Shown: piece after piece, positions 37,616-45,188 of the stretch
Numbering within the stretch: position 1 is the first letter of the stretch
Layout: every line of letters starts with the position of its first letter
Source of the DNA: Candidatus Woesearchaeota archaeon
GTDB taxonomy: Archaea; Nanobdellota; Nanobdellia; Woesearchaeales; GCA-2687795
Assembly: GCA_002687795.1 (NCBI GenBank)
Contig: NZBG01000024.1
Location: 4,250-68,249 of the forward strand
DNA length: 64,000 bases
Direction of reading: 5' to 3'
Made by a program: the position numbers and the translations under genes
The notes under the pieces: generated by a model
The model's input: only the letters and a program-made list of their open reading frames with translations
Told to the model about the DNA's origin: nothing
The model's database searches: none

Positions 37616-37643
37616 CTTAGATTTTCATGGTTTTTAATCTAAG
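37616..37643. repeat. 8-bp inverted repeat (hairpin or operator candidate) in the gatD / coiled-coil divergent region
   Basis: cttagatt ttcatggttttt aatctaag. Confidence 0.8.
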
Positions 37644-37707
37644 TCTTCTTTTGTTAATATATAAACTTTTTCACTCTACACATACTATTACCCAGATACA
37701 ACAAAAC

Positions 37708-37719
37708 TTTATAAATAAT
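37708..37719 (+). promoter_or_regulatory. TATA box candidate (tttataaataat)
   Basis: Starts 34 nt upstream of ATG 37742. Confidence 0.45.
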
Positions 37720-37741
37720 ACACAACCAAAGAAGTACTGGA

Positions 37742-39325
37742 ATGGGAGCTAGAAAAAGGGGGTTGGATATTGTTTTAGAGCAGCCGCCAGAACCTCCGCC
37801 AGAGCTTAAGGGGGCAGGTCTTGGGGGTGTGAAGAAAATATTTGGTTTTGGTAGAAGGAAGGCTATAGAGCCATTGCCGGTTTTTGATAAGGGATTAAGC
37901 AGGAAAGTAGAGAAGCTTAATGAAAAGAAAGTAAAACTAGAGCAACAAGTAAAGGATTTAAAGGCAGCAAAAAAAGTTCTGTTAAAGGAAGTTAAGGATT
38001 ATGGGAAATTAAGGAATAAAAAAGGAAGCCCAGTTAAAGAAGAATTGAAGATAACCGAAAGGGATGGTTCTTTTTCTAATACACAAAAGGAATTGGCTGA
38101 AAGAAGAAAATTATTAGCAATGGACAGGAAGAATATAGAAAAAAAGATAGAGCTCCTAACCAAGAAACAGGAGCAGCTGGTTCAGCAGTCTAAGGATTTT
38201 GAGGCTAAGGATAAGCTGTTTAAGGAGGATGAGCAGGCGCTTAACCAGAAAGAGGATGAGCTTCTTGGGAGCATTAAAGAGCTTGAGAAGGACAGGGCTT
38301 TGTTAGCGGAAAAAGAGACTGGAATAATTCTAAAAACAAAAGAAATCAAGGAGAATAAAAATCTGCTGGATAGAGAAGAAAAAAAGGTAGATAATAAGCT
38401 TAAGAGCCTCCATAACAAGAAACAGGAAATCAGGGAAGATATGGCTATGTTAATAGAGAGCAAGAAAGAGATTGAGCAGGGTTTTATTAATAAGCAAACC
38501 CAACTGGAGAAACTGGAGAAAAAATGGGCGGAAAAGGAAAGCTCGTTTAAGAACAGCCAGCTTATGCTGGGAGAGTTAAGAAATATGTTTCTAAGCAGGG
38601 TTAAAATGGTTGAAGAAGGTGTAAGAACCCTTGAAAAAGAAGAAAAGAACATTATTAATAATATTAACCTGCTGGAGAAAAATAAAAGTATTCTAAGCAG
38701 CAAGGAACAGGAAATTATAGATCGGATAGAGCTATTAGGACAGACAAAGCTCTTCCTTAAAAACAAGGAAAAAGAGCTGAAGAAGAGGGAAGATATTGTT
38801 AACAAGGCAAAAGAATATGAGAGGAAGATGCCCGAGATAATACAGAGCATTACCATGCTTAAAAAAGAGCATATAATTGAAAAAAGAAAGCTTGGCAAGA
38901 TTACCACAGAGATCATGGCAAAGCTTGGGTTATTGAAGGACAGAGAGATTAGGTTAAGGGAGAAAGAGACATTATTGGGCAGAAAGGAACAGGAATTAAA
39001 ACAAAGAGGAACTGCGCTGACCAAGGAAAAAGAGCTCACAGATGAAGAAAAGTTCCATCTTTATATTAAAAAAGAAAGCAATCTTCCTGAGATAGGAGGC
39101 ACTGCAGAAGATGAGATGTCTCAGGCACATATGGAAATAGGTCCTTTGGTTACCAAAGCAAGGGAGTTGATCAGGACAAGAAACACAGCAGAAGCCATGA
39201 AGATAATCTCACAGATAGAATATATCCATGATAGGTTAGGCAAAGGCGATGAAGACAGAAGGAAGATTAATTATGATCTTATAGAACTGAAGACTGATGT
39301 TAAGCTGGCTGGGTTAGGCGGTTAA
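37742..39325 (+). CDS. Long coiled-coil protein, K/E-rich, function unknown
   Basis: 527 aa. Proline-rich N-terminus (EQPPEPPPELKGAGLGG), then about 400 aa of heptad-like K/E/L sequence. The C-terminus ends KLAGLGG. Confidence 0.6.
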   Translation: MGARKRGLDIVLEQPPEPPPELKGAGLGGVKKIFGFGRRKAIEPLPVFDKGLSRKVEKLNEKKVKLEQQVKDLKAAKKVLLKEVKDYGKLRNKKGSPVKEELKITERDGSFSNTQKELAERRKLLAMDRKNIEKKIELLTKKQEQLVQQSKDFEAKDKLFKEDEQALNQKEDELLGSIKELEKDRALLAEKETGIILKTKEIKENKNLLDREEKKVDNKLKSLHNKKQEIREDMAMLIESKKEIEQGFINKQTQLEKLEKKWAEKESSFKNSQLMLGELRNMFLSRVKMVEEGVRTLEKEEKNIINNINLLEKNKSILSSKEQEIIDRIELLGQTKLFLKNKEKELKKREDIVNKAKEYERKMPEIIQSITMLKKEHIIEKRKLGKITTEIMAKLGLLKDREIRLREKETLLGRKEQELKQRGTALTKEKELTDEEKFHLYIKKESNLPEIGGTAEDEMSQAHMEIGPLVTKARELIRTRNTAEAMKIISQIEYIHDRLGKGDEDRRKINYDLIELKTDVKLAGLGG

Positions 39326-39663
39326 TCAAACTTAACTATATCCCCTTTTTCTATTTTATATCTCTCAGCACCACCTTCCTCAATCTCAATGATATAATTG
39401 CAGTTTATGGCTCTAAGCAGAGTAAAAGGCTTTGCGTTCTCTTTGATGTAAATAACCTCTTTATTTTTGTTAAGATAAATCACATCAATAGGAAAGAACA
39501 CAAAGAACATGTGTATGGAAACCCTTTTTTCTTTGCTGAACAAAAATATTAATGGCTTATCTATCTTCCTGGAAAACATCAGGCCTTTAGCTTTTGAAAA
39601 TATATTTCTGCAATATCTTACATCCTTTGATATTACAATGTTCTTGGTTTTGTTGATAAGCAT
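39322..39663 (-). CDS. DUF192 (COG1430) family protein
   Basis: 113 aa. AKGLMFSRK...PLIFLF...IHMFFVFFPIDVIYLNKNKEV pattern. Confidence 0.6.
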   Translation of the reverse strand: MLINKTKNIVISKDVRYCRNIFSKAKGLMFSRKIDKPLIFLFSKEKRVSIHMFFVFFPIDVIYLNKNKEVIYIKENAKPFTLLRAINCNYIIEIEEGGAERYKIEKGDIVKFD

Positions 39664-39701
39664 TTGGAAAAGATTAAATATCTTGTAGTTTAAATTATTT
39701 T

Positions 39702-40157
39702 ATGCTGTTTAAAACACATTTAGCTTTTGGGTTCTTAGTCTGGTTACTTATAAGACCTTATTTTAGTATTAATAAGTATCTATTGTTGGCGGTGGTTTTA
39801 TTAGCAAGTGTTCTTCCTGATATTGATAAAAGCAATTCTAAGGTTGGAAGCAAGATAAAACCAATTTCTTTTTTAATCGAAAAAATATTTGGCCATAGGA
39901 AACTTTTTCACAGCTTATTTTTATGGGGAATTATCAGTGTATTTGTCTGGTATTTTTTGGATAAGGGTTATGCTGGTGCAATCCTGATTGGAACTACATC
40001 GCATCTAATTGCTGATGGCCTTACAAAGCAGGGAGTTAATTTCCTTTATCCGGTTTCCCAGTTTAGAATAGCGGGGTTTATTGAGACAGGCTCTTTGTTT
40101 GAGATAATCTTTTTAATGCTTGTCTTGGGATTAATTGTTATAGCGTTCTTATTCTAG
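39702..40157 (+). CDS. Membrane-bound metal-dependent hydrolase, YdjM/DUF457-like
   Basis: 151 aa. MLFKTHLAFGF, LPDIDK, HRKLFHS, HLIADG. Confidence 0.6.
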   Translation: MLFKTHLAFGFLVWLLIRPYFSINKYLLLAVVLLASVLPDIDKSNSKVGSKIKPISFLIEKIFGHRKLFHSLFLWGIISVFVWYFLDKGYAGAILIGTTSHLIADGLTKQGVNFLYPVSQFRIAGFIETGSLFEIIFLMLVLGLIVIAFLF

Positions 40158-41894
40158 TGCATCATATTGTTTTCTTTCTGTTTTTAAGCTATATCCCTTT
40201 GTTCGTTGGCGCAGTTTTTCTAAGATTGATGAGTAGTTACTCTTTCTGTAAATAGACTTCCACTTTCCTATTATCTTTCCAGCAACCGCATTGCAGAAGG
40301 TTGTTCTCCAGTCTCTTTTTATTGCCTTCCAAGCTTTTTTCAGAGGCGTGTAGAATATATTCCCTAAAGGTGATACTCTCTCTTCGAAGAAGGATTTCTC
40401 TTTTTTTGTTAGGTTGCTAAAGAAATTTTTTACATAAGATGTGCTGAATCTTAATGGGAATCCAAGGGTATTGGCAGTCCAGTTGATCCATCTGCCATAA
40501 TTCAACACTTTGCCTAATGCATTTCCCATATATTTTCTTTCCATGAGCTCAATAGGAGTATCCTGAAGCCTGCGGGGATCTATTCCTTCAGGTGTGGAGT
40601 CATAACAAAGGAAACCTCCATCATATTTATCCCAGCCTGCCTGGCTTAATGGTATAAGCCTTCCTTCTCTGTCAAGCTTTTCTCTAAGCTCAGTGCCAGC
40701 CAAAGGTACAGCATTGAATACCTGTATTGTATCTATTCTGCCCTTTCTGAAGAATTGTCTATATCTTTTTGTCTTTTCTTCTAAGGTTAAATCTGATTTG
40801 TATTTTGAATCTTTAAAGGTTGGATAACCGAAAATGAACATTCCATGTATATAGAAATTCTTTGCCAGTTTTCTTGATCTTTCAACAAGTTTCTTTACAG
40901 TAACACCTTTGTTCATAGCCTTCAGTTCTTCATCTATTGGGCTTTCATAACCCACACATACAGTGGTTACCCCCGCATATCTCATTGCTCCTAAAAGCTC
41001 ATCATTGTCTGCTTTGTCAATCCTTATCTGCGTGGTTATAGTTACTCTCTTCTTAGGTTTCCTTTCTCTTAGAAAATCGCCTAAGGCAGCAAACATTTCT
41101 ATTGAGCTGTCAGACTCTTGCGCAGCATGATCATCTACAAGAAAGAATCTGTAATATCCTAAATCAATAGCTGATTCTACCTGGTTAAGAAGCTTTTCAA
41201 TACCCCTTTTTCTGTATTTATCTTTAACTGCACAAAATTCGCAGCCATGGTTACAGCCAACACCCCAGCTTATCGGAATGGTGCTCCATCTTTTTTCTAT
41301 GGATTCTATCAGTTCAATATTAGGATCTTTTAGCCCGCTTAATTCTTCAGCTGTCATGGGGCTTCTCTCTCCGGTGAACACATATTCTCCATTATTCCCA
41401 AAAAAGCTGAGACCCAGGATTTGCTCAAGATTCCTTTTATAGCCTTCTATGATATTTCCATCTTTGCCTATTATTGCATCAACTATGGGCTGCATTACCT
41501 TTTCCCCATCGCCATGCACAATAATATCTATTCCCGAGGTTAGAGCTTCCATTGGCATATTTTCTACATGCTTGCCTCCTGCAATAGTTACTACCCCAAG
41601 TTGTTGGTATTGCTGGGCAACAGAATAGAGCCTTGGGACTGAAATGCTCATCCCGCCATAGAACAGAGCCATCTTTACTGGCCGTGCTTTTTGTAACTCA
41701 AGATGGTCAGGCAGGCCTTCAGGATCAACAGGACCATTGTAATTATTTTCATCAATTATATAAATATTATGCCCTTCTATCTGGCTCATAACATAAACCA
41801 ATCCTAATGAGGTTATTGTCTCTTTGCTGAATACCTGTTGCTTAGAATGTATTGGGTATTGTGGTATAACTCCTATGATTGTTGCTTGTGGCAT
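40149..41894 (-). CDS. B12-binding-domain radical SAM protein
   Basis: 581 aa. N-terminal cobalamin-binding-like Rossmann segment (VVTIAGGKHVENMPMEALTSGIDIIVHGDGE). Radical SAM cluster WGVGCNHGCEFCAV (CX3CX2C). Confidence 0.75.
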   Translation of the reverse strand: MPQATIIGVIPQYPIHSKQQVFSKETITSLGLVYVMSQIEGHNIYIIDENNYNGPVDPEGLPDHLELQKARPVKMALFYGGMSISVPRLYSVAQQYQQLGVVTIAGGKHVENMPMEALTSGIDIIVHGDGEKVMQPIVDAIIGKDGNIIEGYKRNLEQILGLSFFGNNGEYVFTGERSPMTAEELSGLKDPNIELIESIEKRWSTIPISWGVGCNHGCEFCAVKDKYRKRGIEKLLNQVESAIDLGYYRFFLVDDHAAQESDSSIEMFAALGDFLRERKPKKRVTITTQIRIDKADNDELLGAMRYAGVTTVCVGYESPIDEELKAMNKGVTVKKLVERSRKLAKNFYIHGMFIFGYPTFKDSKYKSDLTLEEKTKRYRQFFRKGRIDTIQVFNAVPLAGTELREKLDREGRLIPLSQAGWDKYDGGFLCYDSTPEGIDPRRLQDTPIELMERKYMGNALGKVLNYGRWINWTANTLGFPLRFSTSYVKNFFSNLTKKEKSFFEERVSPLGNIFYTPLKKAWKAIKRDWRTTFCNAVAGKIIGKWKSIYRKSNYSSILEKLRQRTKGYSLKTERKQYDALE

Positions 41895-42012
41895 GTTATT
41901 AGTTTAGAACTTCTTCTTTTTTATAAATCTTGCTTTCTGAACTACTGCTGAGAACCTTTTTAGTTAATACATCACCATAATACTTAAATTTTCATCAGGA
42001 TTACTGAATAAA

Positions 42013-42372
42013 ATGATTGTTATAAAGGCCAACACTGATTTTGGCTTTAGATTAGAGGCTTTTTTAGAAGGAGAACCATCCCCAGTAGGTGTATATAATG
42101 TACCTTTTGATAAGTCCGGGGACATAACCCATGGAACCATTGAATCTAAGTTGCCGCATCATGGCATACCAAGGGGCTTGATATGCAGAGTTGCAAAGGA
42201 GATTCAACAAACATCTGAACAAGAGCATAGGGAGATTACAGATAAAGTGTCTTTAGTAACGAAGCGCTCATATCACTTATCCCACATTTTTGAGGAATTA
42301 GGGTATAGGAAAACCACATATTCTGATTTTCTAGTTTTATCTAGAACATACAGACCTTCTCATCCTAATTAA
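42013..42372 (+). CDS. Hypothetical protein
   Basis: 119-aa ORF, no motif recognised. Confidence 0.35.
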   Translation: MIVIKANTDFGFRLEAFLEGEPSPVGVYNVPFDKSGDITHGTIESKLPHHGIPRGLICRVAKEIQQTSEQEHREITDKVSLVTKRSYHLSHIFEELGYRKTTYSDFLVLSRTYRPSHPN

Positions 42373-42411
42373 AATGCTGTGATAACTATCAAACATCCTT
42401 TTTCATAGTTT

Positions 42412-42481
42412 TGACCAGTGGGTTTCCCGCTTACACGCCTTCTAACCAGTAAATTCTTAACTTCAGCATACCCACTGGTCA
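42412..42481. ncRNA. Candidate structured RNA element (12-bp perfect stem, 46-nt loop); strand and identity unknown
   Basis: tgaccagtgggt (42412-42423) pairs perfectly with acccactggtca (42470-42481). The surrounding 265-nt gap looks G+C-enriched relative to other intergenic regions. Confidence 0.25.
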
Positions 42482-42637
42482 CTGGACAACCCCGCGTAAG
42501 ATATATAAATAACCTTTACCTTACCATATCTGTTGCTTAACCGCAACCACTCCAATCCCTGGAGCTGGAAATAACATTTCTGGGCTCATAACCAAGGGGA
42601 TTTGAAACAAAAAGCGAAAAGCAAGGAGGTGTCTCAA

Positions 42638-42922
42638 ATGGAGACCAAAAATACAGAAGATACAGGCAAGAATATGCCTGAAAAGAAGTTTAGGGCTGGT
42701 GCAGTATGCGCCACAATATGGGAAAATATGGGCAAAACAAAGGAAGGTGAGCCCACTGCATACAAAACGATTTCTGTGGAAAGAAATTATAAAGACAAGA
42801 ATGATGAATGGAAATCAACAAACTCTTTCAGAGTTAATGATCTTCCAAGGTTGTCTTTGGTTCTGAGCAAGGCATATGAGCATGTTGCTCTCAAAGATAT
42901 GACATCAAGCAATCTTGCCTAA
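42638..42922 (+). CDS. Small conserved-looking protein, possible PC4/YdbC-like nucleic-acid binder (weak)
   Basis: aaggaggtg lies 8 nt upstream of ATG 42638. KFRAGAVCATIWEN...YKTISVERNYKDKNDEWKSTNSFRVNDLPRLSLVLSKAYEHV has the beta-beta-beta-helix feel of PC4-like ssDNA binders. No firm motif. Confidence 0.3.
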   Translation: METKNTEDTGKNMPEKKFRAGAVCATIWENMGKTKEGEPTAYKTISVERNYKDKNDEWKSTNSFRVNDLPRLSLVLSKAYEHVALKDMTSSNLA

Positions 42923-42994
42923 ACCCTAACATTTTATTTTTTTATTTTTAATTTATAAAAATCAATATATAATAAAAACCAAAAGGTGATTATC

Positions 42995-43978
42995 ATGGAA
43001 AAAAAAGAAGAACCTGAGCAAAAAAGCCAGGAAAAAAAAGAACCAAGTATAGAAAAGCTTCCGGGCATTGGAGCTGCAACCGCGGAAAAGTTAAAGGAAA
43101 GCGGTTATTCTGAGGTGCTTAGCATTGCAGTAGCATCTCCCGGTGAGTTGTGCGATGCAACCGGTGTAAATGAAGCAGCTGCAAGAAAAGTTATTCAAGC
43201 TGCAAGAAGCATGATGGAAATGGGCTTTGAATCCGGCACAGAACTATTAGAAAGAAGGAAAAAGGTTATCAAGATAACCACTGGCTCTAATGCTGTTGAC
43301 GAAATCTTGGGAGGCGGCTTTGAAACTGGCTCAATAATAGAAGCCTATGGAGCTTATGGAAGCAGCAAGACCCAAATAGCTCATCAGTTAGCTGTAAACG
43401 CCCAGCTTCCTCTAAGCAAGAAAGGAGCAGAAGGCAACGTTGTCTACATTGACACGGAAAACACATTCAGGCCTGAAAGAATAATCCAGTTTGCTGAAGG
43501 CATAGGCATTGACCCTAAAAAAGCCCTTGACAACATAAAAGTTGCAAAAGCATTCAACTCTGACCATCAAATGCTCTTAGCGGAAAAGATTGAAGAGTTA
43601 ATCAGTAAAAGCCTTAATGTAAAGCTAGTCATTATTGATTCATTGACAGCTCACTTCAGGGCAGAGTTCATAGGCAGGGGAACATTAGCAGAAAGGCAGC
43701 AGAAAATCAACAGGCACATGAAAGTATTGTCAAAGCTTGCAGACACGCACAATCTGTGTGTTTATGTAACAAACCAGGTCATGGCAAAGCCTGACACATT
43801 CTTTGGAGACCCAACCGAAGCAATCGGCGGCCATATTGTTGGCCACAACAGCGCTTTCAGGATTTATTTGAGAAGAGGCAAGAAAGGAACAAGAGTTGCA
43901 AAGCTTGTAGATTCTCCTAACTTGCCTGAGAACGAAGCAGTATTTAATATAACAGAAGCTGGAATTAGGGATGTTTAA
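42995..43978 (+). CDS. radA: RadA recombinase
   Basis: aggtga precedes ATG 42995. HhH LPGIGAATAEKLKESGY, Walker A GAYGSSKTQIAHQL, Walker B LVIIDSL, C-terminal GGHIVGH. Confidence 0.9.
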   Translation: MEKKEEPEQKSQEKKEPSIEKLPGIGAATAEKLKESGYSEVLSIAVASPGELCDATGVNEAAARKVIQAARSMMEMGFESGTELLERRKKVIKITTGSNAVDEILGGGFETGSIIEAYGAYGSSKTQIAHQLAVNAQLPLSKKGAEGNVVYIDTENTFRPERIIQFAEGIGIDPKKALDNIKVAKAFNSDHQMLLAEKIEELISKSLNVKLVIIDSLTAHFRAEFIGRGTLAERQQKINRHMKVLSKLADTHNLCVYVTNQVMAKPDTFFGDPTEAIGGHIVGHNSAFRIYLRRGKKGTRVAKLVDSPNLPENEAVFNITEAGIRDV

Positions 43979-43999
43979 TTTTCTTTTTTCTTTTTCTTT
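43979..43999 (+). terminator. Oligo-T tract after radA (archaeal terminator candidate)
   Basis: ttttcttttttctttttcttt follows the radA stop codon directly. Confidence 0.4.
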
Positions 44000-44001
44000 G
44001 A

Positions 44002-45188
44002 TTAACCCTTCTTAAATATTTTCCCAAGATAAGAAAACCATCCAAAACATTTCCCTTTATAAGCTTTCTTTAAGAACCCACATTTCAAGGGTTTGCACTC
44101 ATTCCCTTCAGTAAACTCGTTATCTTCACATTCAAGCTCAACACATTCATGGTCTAAAATCTGTTCATTTTCATAACATTCTAACTTAACACATTCATGT
44201 TCAAAGGCAAACTCATCTTCTTTGCATTCTAATTTAATGCATTCATGTTCCCCAAGGTATTCATCATCCTCGCATTCCAGTGAAATACATTCATGCTCAA
44301 CCAACTGTTCATCTTCCTTGCATTCCAATGAAATACATTTATTCTCAGAGCATTCTTCATCTTCTTTGCAAACACTGCTCTCGCAGCATTCATAATCATA
44401 ACATGTATTGTTCATTGGATATTGGCATTCATCGCATTCCGACTTTGAGCAGGTACCTTCTTCACATATTTCATCAGTGAAACAATCTTCATTCCTGTCG
44501 CAGGATGGCATCTCTATACAATTCGCCCTTTCCCTTAAATTATACTTTGCTCTTTCACAGCCATCGTATGATACTATAAACCTTGATACATTAAGAGGGG
44601 TTTCCCAGCTCATTATGAAGCGGTTCTTTGTTTTGAACTGCCTTACTACCATATCAGTCTCATTAAACTCTTTACTGAGAATATCAGGAGCATGCGTATA
44701 TGTTTTCTTTTCCTTTGTTTCAGCATCATACCTTAATGTATAGGGCTGGTTAAACCTTAAAGAATTATCTTTATCTATCTTGAAATTATTGGCAGTAAAC
44801 TTGGCATAGAAGGTATCATTTCTTTTATAGCAGTAGTCCACAGACATATTGAATATCCTGCAGCTGAACTTAAACGCAGGGCATTTTGCAGTAGATTTCC
44901 TTCTCCCGATAACAACAGTATACCTTGTTGGTTTACTGCTTACAAACAAAGCCTCCTCTGAACGGAAGCGAAATTTATTGTCTTCATACTCAGTCCAAGT
45001 TCCATCAACCTTAAAATAAGGATCTTTTGAGCTCTTTTTCCTTGCAGATACCAGCCCCTTTGATTTTCCAGAGACACCAGTTATAAGGATAGAGCCATCA
45101 TCATTACATTTGATAGAGGCTGCGTAGGAGAAAGTAGACAAAACAAAAAAAACAAGAAAAAACTAAAAACTAAAAATAGTTTTTTCAT
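44002..45188 (-). CDS. Secreted cysteine-rich protein with a 16-aa tandem CxxLEC repeat; the signal peptide is out of frame by one base in this assembly
   Basis: The track ORF is 44002..45141 (TTG start). An ATG at 45188 overlaps the upstream stop (TAATG) and encodes MKKLFLVFSFFLFF..., one frame off. One extra A in the A8 run (45145-45152) or the A6 run (45157-45162) restores MKKLFLVFSFFLFFFVLSTFSYA/ASIKC. Confidence 0.6.
44080..44337 (-). repeat. 48-bp coding tandem repeat, about 5.4 copies
   Basis: CISLECKEDEQLVEHE / CISLECEDDEYLGEHE / CIKLECKEDEFAFEHE / CVKLECYENEQILDHE / CVELECEDNEFTEGNE / CKPLKC. Confidence 0.9.

Noticed and set aside
38182-39039. 285-aa minus-strand ORF rich in S/L/F
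   Set aside because: It is the mirror frame of the K/E-rich coiled-coil gene (AAG/GAA codons read as CTT/TTC). The low-complexity composition is typical of antisense artefacts.
42565-42600. tRNA-Met-like anticodon loop CTCATAA with a partial stem
   Set aside because: No D-arm, no T-arm (GTTCRANNC) and no acceptor stem can be built around it. I found no convincing tRNA anywhere in the window by eye.
44080-44337. Regular 48-bp repeats (and the 21-bp repeat at 7832-7884) as possible CRISPR arrays
   Set aside because: The repeats are contiguous without spacers, lie inside long ORFs and stay in frame. No cas genes are present.
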